Assembly (NCBI GenBank): GCA_963813715.1
Contig: CAWFAK010000017.1
Coordinates: forward strand, 640,001-704,000
DNA: 64,000 bases
Reading direction: 5' to 3'
Source: an uncultured Planctomycetaceae bacterium
Lineage (GTDB): Bacteria > Planctomycetota > Planctomycetia > Planctomycetales > Planctomycetaceae
Positions within the stretch are counted from its first letter, which is position 1, and every line of letters starts with the position of its first letter. The position numbers and the translations under genes were made by a program. Positions 11,903 through 24,886 of this stretch are shown piece by piece. Below the pieces are notes generated by a model. That model was not told where the DNA came from and did no database searches. It worked only from the letters and a program-made list of their open reading frames with translations.

Positions 11903-13292
11903 TTAACGCGCGGCACTGACGGCGGCCGTCTGATGGGCGGCCGGCGCGGGGGCCGAGTCACGCGGTTTGAACTTGCCCAGCATCGTGTAGAGGTTGATCA
12001 AAGCGCGGTTCATAACCTGCTCGCCGGCGCCGACCTCCGCGGGCGAAACCGTGGCGTCGCCACCGTAGCCCCCTTCGGAGGCCGCCTCGATCGTGGGAAA
12101 ATACATGCTGTGCCCGTCGCAATACCCGAAGAAGAACGTGTGCGGCACGTAGGACCGCTGCTTCAGGCGATTGGAGTGATTGCAGAAGAACTCGCCCGAG
12201 GCGCCGACGAGGGCCACGTCGCCGTTGAGCAGGATCGTGTTGAGCTCAGTCGGCACGCCGTCGCGGAATTCCTCGACAAAGTTCCGCATGATCTCCGGGA
12301 AAAAGGCCCGCGAATAGGCGAGCAGCACGATTGGGCTGGTAAAGTCGGTCCGCGAGTGGAAGAGAAAGTCGTCGACTTTACCTTGAATCCGCGGGTGCGC
12401 GGGCTCTGTCGAGTGAGCCGACTTGGCCAACTCGACCACGACATCGCCGAGGTGCTCGCCGAACGCCTGCGGCCCGTGGTGCGCACCGGCGTTTACGCTC
12501 ATGTCGCCGGCCGCCCCCTGCATGAACAGGCAGTTGGTCTTGAGCAAATCCTCCACGCGCCGCTGCATAAAGCCGGGATAGTCGGCCGAGTATTTCATGA
12601 TCTTGGTGTCGGTCATCACGGCGTGCGCGGCGAAATTAACGAGCACGGCGATCGGCTTGCCGGCCGCGTCGTCGAACCGCAGCACGGCCAGCATCGGGTC
12701 GGTGGGCTTCGGCGTGTGCTTGGTGTGGCGATTGCGGTTGAGGTCGACGTCCCGCGTCGCGATTCCCAGGCGGCACGGCATGGCGTTCCGGTCGGCTGCC
12801 AGGATCGCCTCGATGATCAGGTCGGGGAGTTTTTTGCTGTAGGCGACCGCCTTGTCGAACTTGCCTTTGCCGAAGCCGGGACGGTCCGTGAGTTCGATCA
12901 CCGGTCCATGATGCGTATGGCTGCCGCTGATCAGCACATTGTCGATCTTGGCCTTTTCGGCGATCGCGCGGCGGATTTTCTCCATCATCGGCGCGGTCGG
13001 GCCGCGACCGAGATCCAAGCCGACGAGCGCGAGCTTGGAATCGCCTGCGCAGGATCACGACGGCCTTGGCCCACAACGTGTCGAGCGCCCCTTCTGAAAG
13101 AGCGTCGTGCCGGGCACCATAGCCCCACATCGGCAAGCCGGGGGGCGGCGTGATATCGCTCTTGCCAAATCCGGCGGTGAACTGATCGGTCGCCGGCTGA
13201 TCAGCGGCGGGCGAGGTCCGGAGCGGGACTGCGAGCGCCAGCGTGCAGGCAAAAACACAGCAGAGTGCCCTAGGCGAACGTCGTAGTATCAT
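11903..13292 (-). CDS. Neutral/alkaline ceramidase-like secreted protein, frameshift near 13045
   Basis: Signal peptide, DITPPPGLPMWGYG, SHTHHGP, NFAAH, FMQGAAGD, EGGYG. Confidence 0.75.
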
Positions 13293-13475
13293 CGGTGAAT
13301 GTGCCTCTGAGCGGGAAGGGTGCAACGCGGCGGATCGCGGCATAAAATGACTGCCGCCTCGTTGATCGTGCAGCATCGGGCGAAAGAACGCAAGCGCACG
13401 GCGGGCGCTCGTCTCGAGCGGCAGGTCCGCGCAGAATTCAGCAGATAGCGACGGGTTCATTTCTCGAGCGTGGGA

Positions 13476-14358
13476 ATGTCGAACGCGTCCGAAGAAACAC
13501 TGCATTGCATGGAAATCCTAGGGGGCAATCGCCGAGGCCCGACGGTTCGTGCACGCGCCCGGCGTCGATGTTTGGATCGACAGCCGCCCTTTGGACGCGG
13601 GCGCCGGCGGCGGCGACGTGCATTATGTGTCGACCTGTGGCGGCGGACAGGTGACACGATTGGCTCTGGCGGATGTTGCCGGCCACGGCGGATCGGTCGA
13701 CAGCCTGGCGGTCTTCTTGCGCAAGTTGATGCGCAAATACATCAACACGCTCAATCAAACCCGATTCGCCCAGGCTCTCAACAAAGAATTCGCGGTCGCG
13801 GCCGAGTCCGGCCGCTTTGCGACCGCCCTCTTACTCACCTACTTTACGCCGACCGGCCATTTGATTGTGTGCAACGCAGGGCACGGGCGGCCGCTCCGCT
13901 ACTCAGCCAGGCGGGACGCGTGGGAATCGCTCGACCTGGACAAAGCCGGCGATTGTTCCTCGGTCAAAACGTCGAAGGTCCGCTACCACTTCGAGCGAGT
14001 TGCCAACCTGCCGTTGGGCGTACTTGATCCGATCGAATACGAGCAGTTTGCAATCGACTTCGAGGGGGGTGACCTCGTGTTGCTCTACACGGACGCCGTC
14101 GTCGAAGGTGAGGATACCGGCGGACGCCAGCTCGGCGAAAGCGGCCTGCTGGCGCTCTTGGCGGAAGTGGGCTCAGTCGACATTCAGGACCTGGGCGAGC
14201 GCTTGCTCGAGGCACTGGCGGCACGCCGAGGTGCGCGACTCCCGGCGGATGACCAGACGTTGATCTTGCTCAAGCGGACGGACGCCCCGGCCCCTGGACT
14301 GGCTGTCCTGCGGACGGTCAGCACGGTGGCCAAGATGTTGGGGCTGCGCCGCGTCTGA
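13476..14358 (+). CDS. SpoIIE/PP2C-family phosphatase, frameshift near 13535
   Basis: CMEILGGN N-terminus, GGGDVH, LADVAGHG, NAGH, LYTDA, DDQT. Confidence 0.85.
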
Positions 14359-14382
14359 TAAAAGTACTCCGACGCCGTCGCT

Positions 14383-14715
14383 TCACTTCGACTCGGCATC
14401 GGGAAGCACTTCGACAAGCTGGTTTAGCCGGGTGACTTTGAGCACATCCCGCACGTGCTCGGAGGCGTTTTGAATCTGGATGTCGACGTTCGCCTTGCGA
14501 ATCGAGACCAGCAGCCCGAGGATGCCGCTGGCGAGAAAAGGAATCCCTTCGATGTCGAAGCGCACTACAATGCAGCCGGCCTTCGTCAGGATCGTCACAA
14601 GCTCGTCGCGGCACTGCTCGAAGCGCTCGAAATCGGTAACACCTTCAGGATTGACGCGGACGAGAGTCAACCGACCCGTCTCGCGGACCTGAAACACGTC
14701 TGAAATCCGGCTCAT
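14383..14715 (-). CDS. STAS-domain anti-sigma-factor antagonist
   Basis: 110 aa; FLASGILGLL and VRDVLKVTRLNQL. Confidence 0.85.
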   Translation of the reverse strand: MSRISDVFQVRETGRLTLVRVNPEGVTDFERFEQCRDELVTILTKAGCIVVRFDIEGIPFLASGILGLLVSIRKANVDIQIQNASEHVRDVLKVTRLNQLVEVLPDAESK

Positions 14716-15463
14716 GGTTGCCTCGCGAATTCGGGATTCGGTCGTTGCTCGAGGGTTTCCAGCGCGTGAGTGTCGCGGCAGAGCAGGCCGTTGCGGCCGC
14801 CGAGTTTGACGGTAAACATCAGCGCGTCGGCCTGGGCGAGTAATTGCTCGGCGGTGGCGATCGAATCGGGGCTGGATTGGGCTGAGAGACCGATGCTGAA
14901 AGTCATCGGTCGGCCGCGCTCGCTCATTCGCAATTCGAGCCGGGCTTTCGCCTCCTCCAACAACCCCCGCGCCGAGGGCAGCGGAACGCCCGGCAGCAAA
15001 ATGCCGAACGCATCACCCCAGAGTCGGGCGACGGTTCCGTTCGGAGTGAGCTGTTTCCGCAAGATATCGGCCACCTCGATCAGGATCTCGTCGCCGACCT
15101 GGTGGCCGAACCGCTCGTTGACGCGCTTGAAATCATCGCAATCCAGTACTGCCAGGGCGACGGGGCGGCCGGACCGGGCGCAATCACGAAGGGCTCGTTG
15201 CGTGACCCGCGCGAAATAGGCGCGGCTACCCGCGCCGGTCAGCGCGTCCCGATCGGCTAGCTCGCGCCCCGCACCACCAGCGCCACAATCTCCCACCCAA
15301 AGACGACCAGGCAGAACAGGCTGTACCAGACGGCCTTCGCGGGCGAGAACCACCAATAGACAGTCAGCACGAAAGAAGCCGCGACGATGTCGATGAGCAA
15401 CACCGTCGCGGCGTGGTCTGCCAGCCCAGTCCGGGCGCGCTTCAGGATCGCGGCGGCGTACAT
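14712..15463 (-). CDS. Membrane-anchored GGDEF-domain protein with degenerate active site, frameshifted
   Basis: DALTG, DCDDFKRVNERFGHQVGD, RLWGDAF in place of GGDEF; N-terminal TM segment in another frame. Confidence 0.7.
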
Positions 15464-15507
15464 CGGTCTGTTCCGGTGAAATCCGTCCGATCCGTTCGAT
15501 GTCCGGC

Positions 15508-16881
15508 CTACGCGTATTCGCGGTGCTTGTTCATGCCGGGCATCGGGACCGGGTACTTGCCGTCCGCACCAGCTTGGAGCGGTGCCGACGAACCGCGAGT
15601 CAGGTGCTCCAGATCGGGCGCGAATTCGTGGTCGCTGTCCAGAATCTCGTCGTAGGTAACTTTCCGACCGATGTGGCACGACATGCGCCCCATCGCCGTC
15701 ACCAGGCTCGCCTGCGCTCCGCGTTCGACTTCGTTGTACGGGCGATCCTGCCGAATGGCGTCGACCAGGTCGTCCCATTCGACCTGGTACGGGTTCGGCT
15801 CGTGCTTGTCATAGTGCCAGTTCATATCGGCCGAAACAAGGTTTTGTCCCTTGTACGTGCGGCAATGTGCCGGGCTGTGCCCGTCGCGTGAAATCTGGGC
15901 TGAGCCCTTCGTGCCATGGGCGTAGCTGGCGAACTCACCGTCGGTCCCCAGCATGTAACGGCCGTCGAGCATCAGCTTGGCGCCGTCGGGGAACGTGTAT
16001 TCGACGGAGTAGACGTCGAAGTTCTGGTCGACGGCATCCATCCGGTAGTGCCGGCCGCCGTAACCCTTGGCGGAAATCGGGAAGGTGTCCTTCATCCAAC
16101 AGCACTCGTCGATGTTGTGGATCAGGAAGTCGCTATAGAGGCCACCGCTGGCCCACAAGAAGGCGTGGAACTTGCGAATCTGGTAGTCGAGCTCGCTCAT
16201 GTCGGCCGGGTGCGGCGGCACGAACGAATCGTAATTCCCCTGATGCACGCGGTAGGCCCGCATCAGCACGATGTCGCCGATCTTGCCGTCGCGAATGCGA
16301 TCATGCAGCTCCTTCCGCGCGACGCAGTGGCGACACATCAGACCCACTCCCACCTTGAGATTCTTCTTCATCGACTTTTCGCCGAGCGCCAGCATTCTTT
16401 TGCCGGTGGGGCCGTCGACGCAGACCGGCTTCTCCATAAAGACGTTGAGCCCCTTCTCGATTGCGTAGGTGAAATGGACCCAGCGAAACGCGGGAGGCGT
16501 CGCCAGAATCACAACGTCGCCCGGCTTGAGGCAGTCCATCGCCTTCTTGTAGGCGTCGAAGCCGACGAACTGCCGCTCCTTCGGGACGTCCACCTGCGAG
16601 GTGAATTTGTGCTTGATGCTGGGCAGGCTCTGGTTGAGGCGGTCCTCGAAGACGTCGGCCACTGCTACGAGCTTGATCGGCCCGTTCTTCACTCCCAGCG
16701 CGTCACAGGCGGCGCCCGTGCCCCGTCCGCCGCAGCCGACGAGCGCCAGGCGGATGGTGCTGTCCTGGGCCGCGAAGGCACGCGGGTTGATAGCGGCTGT
16801 GGCCAGTGCGGTCGCAGCGGCCACGCGGCCCGTAGTTTGAAGAAGTTCGCGGCGCGACACGGCTTCTTGGAATTCGCTCAC
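15508..16881 (-). CDS. Gfo/Idh/MocA oxidoreductase with Tat signal
   Basis: SRRELL, LVGCGGRGTGA, VFMEKP, IHNID. Confidence 0.9.
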   Translation of the reverse strand: MSEFQEAVSRRELLQTTGRVAAATALATAAINPRAFAAQDSTIRLALVGCGGRGTGAACDALGVKNGPIKLVAVADVFEDRLNQSLPSIKHKFTSQVDVPKERQFVGFDAYKKAMDCLKPGDVVILATPPAFRWVHFTYAIEKGLNVFMEKPVCVDGPTGKRMLALGEKSMKKNLKVGVGLMCRHCVARKELHDRIRDGKIGDIVLMRAYRVHQGNYDSFVPPHPADMSELDYQIRKFHAFLWASGGLYSDFLIHNIDECCWMKDTFPISAKGYGGRHYRMDAVDQNFDVYSVEYTFPDGAKLMLDGRYMLGTDGEFASYAHGTKGSAQISRDGHSPAHCRTYKGQNLVSADMNWHYDKHEPNPYQVEWDDLVDAIRQDRPYNEVERGAQASLVTAMGRMSCHIGRKVTYDEILDSDHEFAPDLEHLTRGSSAPLQAGADGKYPVPMPGMNKHREYA

Positions 16882-17100
16882 GGATAATTCTCCGTTCGGT
16901 GGGAAGGATCGAATGGGGCGAGCTGGAATCGGAAACGCGGCACTCGGACGGTCGAGTCGCTTGGCTCTAGGTGGGACGGCGGCCCGAATCCGTCGGGAAC
17001 GCACGTCCTGAGTTTAACGCAGCCCGGGTGCGAATTGCAAAACAGGCGACGACGGGCACTAGCGGCGGCAAAGCGGTCACTTTCGACCGCAATTCGACGT

Positions 17101-19246
17101 TCAGGCAATCTCGAACGGCAGACCCTCGCGCAAACTGCGGACGGCCAGGAGCGATGCCAGCGTCGTCGCGCGGATTTCGTCCCAGGGAATCGGGGGCGGG
17201 CCGCCTTCACAGAGCGCCTCGGCAAAGGCCGCAATTTCGGCCGCATGTCCCTTATCCTGTCCACTCAGCTTGCGGCGGTGTGTGCGCCCGTTCTTGCACG
17301 TGGTGACCGTCCGAAAATCATCGATGACGGCGATCCGGCCGCCGCCGATGACTTCGATCCGCTCCTTGGGAAACGCCTTGTCACCGCCGGCGAGATAGGC
17401 GACGCTCGAAACGCTGCCGTTGGCATGGCGAAGCGTAATGAAACATTGATCGTCCGTAATCTCCGCCGCATGTCGCGAGCCGACCGACTCGGCGAACACT
17501 CGGACCGGCGGCGAGCCGACCAGGAAGGTGGCCAGATCAATGGCGTGACACGCTTCGCCGATGATGCGACCGCCCCCTTCGATCTCGTCCTGCACCCAGT
17601 GATCGACGGGAATTTGCCCCGCATTGAAGCGCACCGAAACCGTCAGCGGGACTGCAATCGCGGCGAAGAAATCGCGCGTCAGCCGGGCCGCGGCGGAAAA
17701 CCGCCGATTGAACCCCACCATCACCAACGGCGGGATTTCGCCGCTGCGTTCTCGGGCTTGCTCGATTTCGCTCAATTCCTCGACCGTGAGGCACAATGGC
17801 TTTTCGACGAACACCGCTTTGCCCGCGTCCAGTGCCCGCACCACGTGCCGCGCGTGCAGGTCGTGTCGCGTGACCGAAACGACGGCGTCAATGGCCGGGT
17901 TGTCGAAGACGGCGTCCTCGTCGGTCGTCGCCTGCTCAAACTCGAGGTTGCGCCCAGTGGCGACCGCCGACAAGCCGCCCGCCGTGCAGAGAGTGGCCAG
18001 TCGGAGGCGGCCGCAGTCACGAAGCGCCGGCAGCAACACGAGCCGCGCGAAATTGCCGGCTCCCAACACGCCAACGGCCGGCCGCTCGGACCGCTTCGTC
18101 GGCGCGAGACGCACGCTGCGCGCGGCGGGCGAATCGGGTTGCTCTTGCTGATAGTTCAACAAGCACACCGAGGTAGGGCTGCCCGGTGCCTTGGATCAGC
18201 TCATACGCGGCCGAGGCATTTTCGATGGCAAAGCGGTGCGTGATCAGCGGCCGCACGTCGAGCTTCCCGCGGGCCATCAGATCGAGCACGGCCTGAATAT
18301 TTCGTTGCTCGGTCCAGCGGACGTAGGGGGCAGGATAGTCGTGTCCGCGGTCCTCGTAGTTGGGATCGTAGCGTCCGGGGCCGTAAGAACAGGAAACAAC
18401 GAACTCGGCCTCCTTGAAATAAAACGGCCGGCGATCGAGCTCCAGGCCGACGACGCCGACGAGAACGATTCGTCCTTTCTTGCGGACCGCCGCCGCCGCC
18501 AGGTCGATCGGCGCGTTGGAAGAAGTGGATGCGGTGATCAAAACGGCATCGGCACCCAAGCCACCGGTCGCCGCCTCGATCTGGGCGGCGCGGAAATCGG
18601 GTCGTGCTCGTTCGGCCCCCATCTTGAGGGCCAGCTCGCATTTGGCGGAATCGGGATCGGTGCCGATCACGCGACAACCGGCCGCCGCGAGCAGCGAGAC
18701 GGCGATCTGGCCGATTAGCCCCAAGCCGATGACGAGCACAGTTTCGCCCAACTCGGAGTGGGCCAAACGCACTCCCTGAAGGGCGATCGCTCCAAGCACG
18801 GCAAAGGCCGCCTGGTCGAAGTCGACTTCTTCTGGAATCGTCGCGCATAAATGCTTGCCGACCGAAACGATGTCCGCATGCGGGCCGTTCGAGGCGACGC
18901 GGTCCCCCGGCTTGATGTTTTGCACGCCGGCTCCGCAGGCCAAGACGACGCCTGCCGAGCTGTAACCCATCGGCATGGGAGTATCGAGACGTTCGCGCAC
19001 CTGGCGGAGCGTCGTCAGCACGCCCTCGTTGCGGCACTTCTCCAACACACGGCGAACGAGATCGGGTCGTTGGCGGGCTTTGCCGAGGAGCGATTTTTTC
19101 GCCAGGTCGATCGCCATCCGCTCGGTGCCTGCCGAGATCACGGAAGCGACGTTGGCGATCAGCACTTCCCCCGGCTGCGCGAGGGGGGCCGGTATTTCGG
19201 CGACGACCAGCTTTCCGCTGCGGACGTCCTGAATGACTTGATGCAC
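17101..19246 (-). CDS. Bi-domain oxidoreductase (Zn-ADH-like + Gfo/Idh/MocA), frameshift near 18150
   Basis: ISAGTE, GYSSAG, GLGLIG, SYGPGRYD...WTEQRN; second domain GAGNFA, FVEKPL, GFNRRF, GEACH. Confidence 0.85.
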
Positions 19247-19812
19247 GTCGTGTGCCTGGCGGAGCGGCTCAACGAGCGAGCAGCGGTGTGATTCGCACCA
19301 AAGCTCGCCCCCCGCCGCGGGCACTCCGTTTGACCGAGCGGGCCCCAGGTCAATCGATTGAACCGCCACCTTTATATGAGATCGAGCCCGTTTCGGGAAT
19401 CAAAACGTCGTCTGACCGCCGGACCGATTCGACGGCGGGAGTCAGAATTCGAGTTCCGGATCACGCACGGCCGTGTGGCCAATTTGGGACGCCACACGTT
19501 TGTCATTTCTCAGACAACGAGCTCCGGCTCAAATCGGGCGATCCATTCATTGCCCGAAGATCGGCGGAAAAACTTTCCCAGAGCTCCCAGGCTGACTGCC
19601 AAACGAACAATCACGACCTAAGTGCGAATATTGCACTGGTTTGCAACTACGCCCCACGTCCATTTCGACTCAATCGACATTAGCGGTTTTGCCGATCGTA
19701 CTCACAGCACCGCTCGGGGTGACTTTGCCGGCAGCGCCCGCTGGCAATGGGGGTAGTTTGAGCGGTTCTTGCAGGCAGATGCCAAAACAAATCTGTGCTG
19801 GGTGGGGTGATT

Positions 19813-21499
19813 ATGCGGCTGGGTGCGCGACAAAACCGATATCTCGCGGGCTCGTGGAAACTGTGCAGCGTACTGGGTGCGATCGCGGCAGTCGCGGTCT
19901 CGACGAGTTCCGTAAGAGCTCAATCCGGCAGTAGCAGTCCGGCTCTGTCGGAGGCGCCTGCATTCGTCGACCTGACGGATGGTGCGACGTCGGCGGCACT
20001 CCCCGCTCCAATTTCAACGGCAGCCGGAACCGCCGTGCCCGCTCCAGCCGCCGCCGCGCCAGCCGATCCAGCCAATCTCGAACTTCGAGTCCGCGAACTC
20101 GAAGACGTCATTCGGCAGATGCAGGCGCAACAATCGCCGAACATCGCGGTCCCTGCGTCGGCGACAGCCCAGGATCCGCTTGCTCCTCCCGACAGTGCCT
20201 TGCCTCCCGAACCTGCGCCGGCGTTCAACCCGATCGGCAGTGAGGGGCAGGCGAACCAAATCATTTCGCAGTCTCTGGGGCCGGGCGGATTCGCCGGCTG
20301 GCGAGACAACGGAATTTACATCGAGTCGGGCGATAAGAATTTTCTCTTTCGCATCACCGGCCAGATTCAGGAAGACTACCGGGAGTTTCTGCGGACCAAG
20401 GACCGCACGGATATCGACACCTTCCTGCTGCGGCGGGCCCGTTTCGGTCTCGAGGCCACGCTCTACAAGTATTACGAGTTCCGCTTTCTCCCCGACTTCG
20501 GTCAGAACTCTCCGATCATTCAGGACGCCTATTTGAACGTCCATTATTGCGATGAGCTTCAGTTCGAGATCGGCCGCTTCAAGCAGCCGATCAGCTACGA
20601 ACAGCTGATTCAGGACCGGTACGTGCCGACGCTGGAACGCTCACTGATTGACCAGCTCGTCCCGGCGCGTGATCTCGGCGCCATGGTCCACGGTGAGAAT
20701 ATGTTCGCCAACCGGTTCGACTACGCCGCGTCGATCTCGAACGGCGAGATCAACGGCGACAACACCGACCTCAACAACCATAAGGATTTCGATGCCCGCA
20801 TTTCCGCGCGTCCGCTGAACGATCCGGACAATTACGAATGGCTGCGGTATTTTGGCATCGGCGTGTCGGGTGGCTTCGGCATCGAGCAGGAGCCGATCAA
20901 TCCGTCGACCTTGCGGACGCCGGACACGGTCCCGTTTTTGGTCTACAACTCGACGGTGCGGGCGAACGGCTTGCGGACGCGGCTCTGCCCGGAGCTAACG
21001 TACTTTTACGGTCCGTTTGGCTTCCTGGCACAGTACTACGACGAGCACCAGGACATGAGCCCGGTTGCCAGCGGTCACGGCTCAGGGATCGTCGAGGACG
21101 TGCCGATGACCGGCTACGTCTTCTCTGGGGACGGCCTTCCTGACGGGCGAAACTCGCACCACGTACAGCCAACAGATTGCCCCCGTGCGCAACTTCGATC
21201 CGCGACACCCCATCTCCTGCCCGGGCGCCTGGGAGTTGGTCGGCCGCGTCTCGCATTTGGACGTCGGCGACATTATCTACTCCAAAGGGATCGCCGACCT
21301 GGCCAATCCGGCGACGACGGCGAACGTCGCGACCGAATACACGTTGGGCTTCAACTGGTATTTCAACGCCTTCGTCCGCATGCAGTTCAACTACGAGCAC
21401 GACATGTTCAATCGCTCGGTGCTCCTGGGCAGCTCGACAGCGGCCAACGAGCTGCGCAGCCAGGACAGCCTGTTCACGCGGTTCCAGGTGATCTTCTAA
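19813..21499 (+). CDS. OprO/OprP-family phosphate-selective porin, frameshift near 21128
   Basis: LRRARFG, IQDAY, GRFKQP, GAWELVGR, LGFNWYFN, C-terminal Phe. Confidence 0.85.
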
Positions 21500-21550
21500 A
21501 ATAACGATGCCGGCATCGCGATTGCCCGACGAGCGCTCTGAACGACCGTC

Positions 21551-23240
21551 TCATCGAGCGATGGTCGGGCCCGTGTTAGCCGCCGTCTCGCCGTCGCTTC
21601 GCGTTCCGCGGCCCTCGAAGTAGCCGCTGAGCACGCGGACGCGGTACGCCTGATAGCCGCAAACCAGGCCGATCACCGCCAGTGCCGCGGCGTACAACAG
21701 CGTGTACTGCGGTTTGACGACCGGGTCGCGGCCGACCAGCACCAGCAAACCGTACGCCGTCAGACAGGCGATGGTCATAAACGTGACGAGCCGCACGCGG
21801 AAAAATAGCCCGGACGCTACGATTAACAGCGGATAGCCGATCAAAAGCGGACCGAGCGGATTGTCAGCGATATAGAGCATCGCCGTCAGCAGGTAGGCGT
21901 CGGCGAAGGCCCACAAGTAGCGGGGCCCATTTTTCTCACCGCTGCGCCGCAGCAGGAACTGGCACATGAGCGCCACGCCGGCCCAGGCGCCGAACAAGAG
22001 CATTACCACGAGGTGATAGGGCAGGTCGTAGCCGCTGATCATGTACTTGATCTGCACGATAAAGGCGCAGACGAAAATTGCCCCCAGATGCATCGCCAGC
22101 GTCGGTTCGCGCCGCGCCCAACGGAGCACCCGATGGACGACGCCCGCCGGCGTGACATCGAGCGGCTCGCCGCGGAGAAAATGCTCGAGGTCCGCGACCA
22201 GCGCGGCAGCTGACGGGTAACGTCGGCGCGGATCCTTTTCCAGGCACCGCAGGCAGACCAGCTCGAGCGCGATGCGGAATGTTGCGGTTGAGTTGTCGCG
22301 GCCGCGGCGGCTCGCCTTCGATCACTTCGAGCAGCGTGTCGATCGGGCTGGCGTTCTGAAACGGCGGCCGCCCGGTTAGCAACTCGAACAGGATCGCTCC
22401 CAGGCTATAAATGTCGCTCAGCGGCGAGTGGGCGGGCGCGTGACCTGTCGCCTGCTCGGGAGACATGTAGCCGATCGTCCCCACGATCAGGCCGGACTGA
22501 GTGTGCACGGAGTTGCCGCCCAAGGTTTTGGCCAGCCCGAAATCGGTGACGTAGGGCGTGCCGTCGGGGGCCAGCAAAATGTTCGATGGCTTGAGATCCC
22601 GGTGGATCATGTGGTGCTCGTGCAGGTACTGCACCGCCCGCGCGACGGCCGCCACGCATTCCGCGGCCCGCCCCGGGTCGAACGGCCCGCCCGCCAGCTC
22701 CTGGGCCAGCGAGCGGCCTTCGATGAAATCCATCGCGAAGAAATGCTGGCCGTGCACCTCTCCCGCTTCGTGGATGCCGACGATGTTCGGATGTCGCAGG
22801 CTGCCAGCGGCGCGGGCCTCGGCGTAGAAGCGGCGGACGTCGTCCGGGGAAGCGAGCCGGCTCGACAGAATCATCTTGAGCGCGACGGAGCGATCGAGGT
22901 CGGTTTGATGGGCCCGATAGACAACGCCCATTCCGCCTCGGCCGATTTCTTCGAGCAATTGGTATTTGCCGAACGGCTGCGGAGTCATTTCCGTAACGGC
23001 GGGCACACGTTCGGATGAGGCGGCGTCCACCGCCGTGCGGTCGGGCGCCAGCCGATCCAGCAGTTCCAGGTACCGCATCCACTTGGCCAAGGCCGGATTG
23101 CCGTCGATCATCACGCTCCGCGAAAGCAGATCGCCCTGATGCAGCGAGCTCATGTAGTGCTCGAGCATGGCGAAGAGCGCGGCATCGTCCGGCGATAACG
23201 CTTCGTCGGGCGCGGGATCGGAGACGGGTTCGCGTGTCAT
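21551..23240 (-). CDS. Hanks-type Ser/Thr kinase with C-terminal membrane domain, frameshift near 22270
   Basis: IGRGGMG, VALK, HRDLKPSN, DFGLAK, YMSPEQ; TM domain in ORF 21551-22129. Confidence 0.9.
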
Positions 23241-23872
23241 GGCTCGAGGCTTTCATGCAGCTTCTTCAAGGCCCGCATCCACAACATTTGCACAGCCGGG
23301 CGCGAGCGTCCCATCCGCTCGGCAATTTCGTCGAACGGCAGCCGTTCCAGGTTGCGGAGGATGATGACCTCCTGATAGTCGGGTGGCAGCTGGCCGACGG
23401 CGTGGGAGATTTCCATCTGCTCTTCTGAGCGGAGCACAATCTGGCTGGGGGTTTGGCCGGGGTCGCTGGGATCGCGCGTCGGCCCGCTGGAGTCGTTGTT
23501 GCGGGGCGCATCGAGCGAAACCTCGCGGCCGGCCTTGCGCCGCTGGGCCATTCCATAGCGACGGACGAAGTCGGCCGCATTGTGGTGCACGATCTGCTTG
23601 AGCCAGGCGAGCCATTCGCCGTCGGTCGTGCCGCGGAATTGATCGAGCGCGCGATGCGCTTCCAGCAGCGATTGCTGCACGAGGTCGGAGTGATCGACCT
23701 TGGCCTGGAGCCAGCTGCCGACTTGCGCCCGGGCGATCAAGCTGACGTAGGCCCGGCAGTGCTCGAACAGCTCGTTTCGGGCATCACGGTCGCCTTGGCG
23801 GGCCCGCTCCAAGAGGGGAACGAGCGGATCGACGGGAAAGGCGTCGGAATCGTTCGTGCTGGTCTGATTCAT
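23237..23872 (-). CDS. ECF sigma-70 factor (Planctomycete kinase-associated type)
   Basis: DHSDLVQQSLLEAH, WLAWLKQI, TPSQ, region-4 HTH; overlaps kinase start. Confidence 0.9.
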   Translation of the reverse strand: MNQTSTNDSDAFPVDPLVPLLERARQGDRDARNELFEHCRAYVSLIARAQVGSWLQAKVDHSDLVQQSLLEAHRALDQFRGTTDGEWLAWLKQIVHHNAADFVRRYGMAQRRKAGREVSLDAPRNNDSSGPTRDPSDPGQTPSQIVLRSEEQMEISHAVGQLPPDYQEVIILRNLERLPFDEIAERMGRSRPAVQMLWMRALKKLHESLEP

Positions 23873-23932
23873 GAGCACCGATTCCGGCCACCTAGGTCGC
23901 GGGCACCGCCAGCAAGGACTCGCCCGCGCTTG

Positions 23933-24886
23933 TCAGGAGTGGCGCTGATTCGATTTGTAGCGCTCGCTGGCCTTGCGCAGAGTTTCACGCTCCTGTTCGG
24001 TGAGGCTGGCTTCGCCCTGAGCGTGGATCTTATCGAGGATCGCGTCAACCTTGACGTCGAAGCTCTGCGGGGCCTCTTCCGGCGGCTGATAAACCTTGAC
24101 GTGGCGTGGGCGGTTCCAGGTCCGCCGGCTCCACGTCCGTAGGTTGAAAACCGACGGGAGATTGCTGCCCAAGCTCGTGATCCGCCAGCCGAAGCGGTAG
24201 TAGAGGAAGCCGAACGCCAGGCCGCCCAAATGGGCCACGTGGGCCACGCCGTCGGCGTTTCCGCCGCCACTGAACGACTGCAGCACAGGGACGAGATCGA
24301 TCACCAGGTAGGCCAAAACGACAAACCGAATCTGTACGCGCAGCAGGAAGAACAGGTAGATCTCATCGCGCGGAAAAAAGATCGCGTAGAGGGCCATGAT
24401 GGCCATCACCGCGCCCGACGCGCCGACCATCGGCGTCGGATCTTGCTGGAGCCAGGCCAATCCCAAAAACGCCAGGCCGCCGGCGAACGCGGCCGTGAGG
24501 TAGAACGAGACGAACTCGCGCGTGCCGTACATCCGCTCCAGCGTGGGGCCCCACCACCAGACGAAGAGCATGTTGAACAACAGGTGCCAGACGAACTCCT
24601 GGCCCTCAGCTCGCGTGGCAGAAGGCATACGTCACCACCCGCCACATCTCGCCATGCAAGACACGCTCGGGCTTGAGGGACAGCACTTCGGTGACGGTGC
24701 TCACGTGCGGCGGAAGGCCGTGTCGCCGCGGACGACCAGCTCCGTATGCGTGGTGATGACCTGGAGCACGAAGACCGCGACCGTGGCGATGATGATCCAT
24801 TTGCAGCCGGGCGTGCCGAACGATCCCGACGACGGCGACCAGCCGCGGCGGTCGTCACGCAGATAATCGCGGCTGTAGATTCCCAT
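23933..24886 (-). CDS. Rhomboid intramembrane serine protease with C-terminal DUF6576-like tail, frameshifted
   Basis: MGIYSRDY, WHLLFNM, GASG, AHLGG, VDAILDKIH...SLT. Confidence 0.85.
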
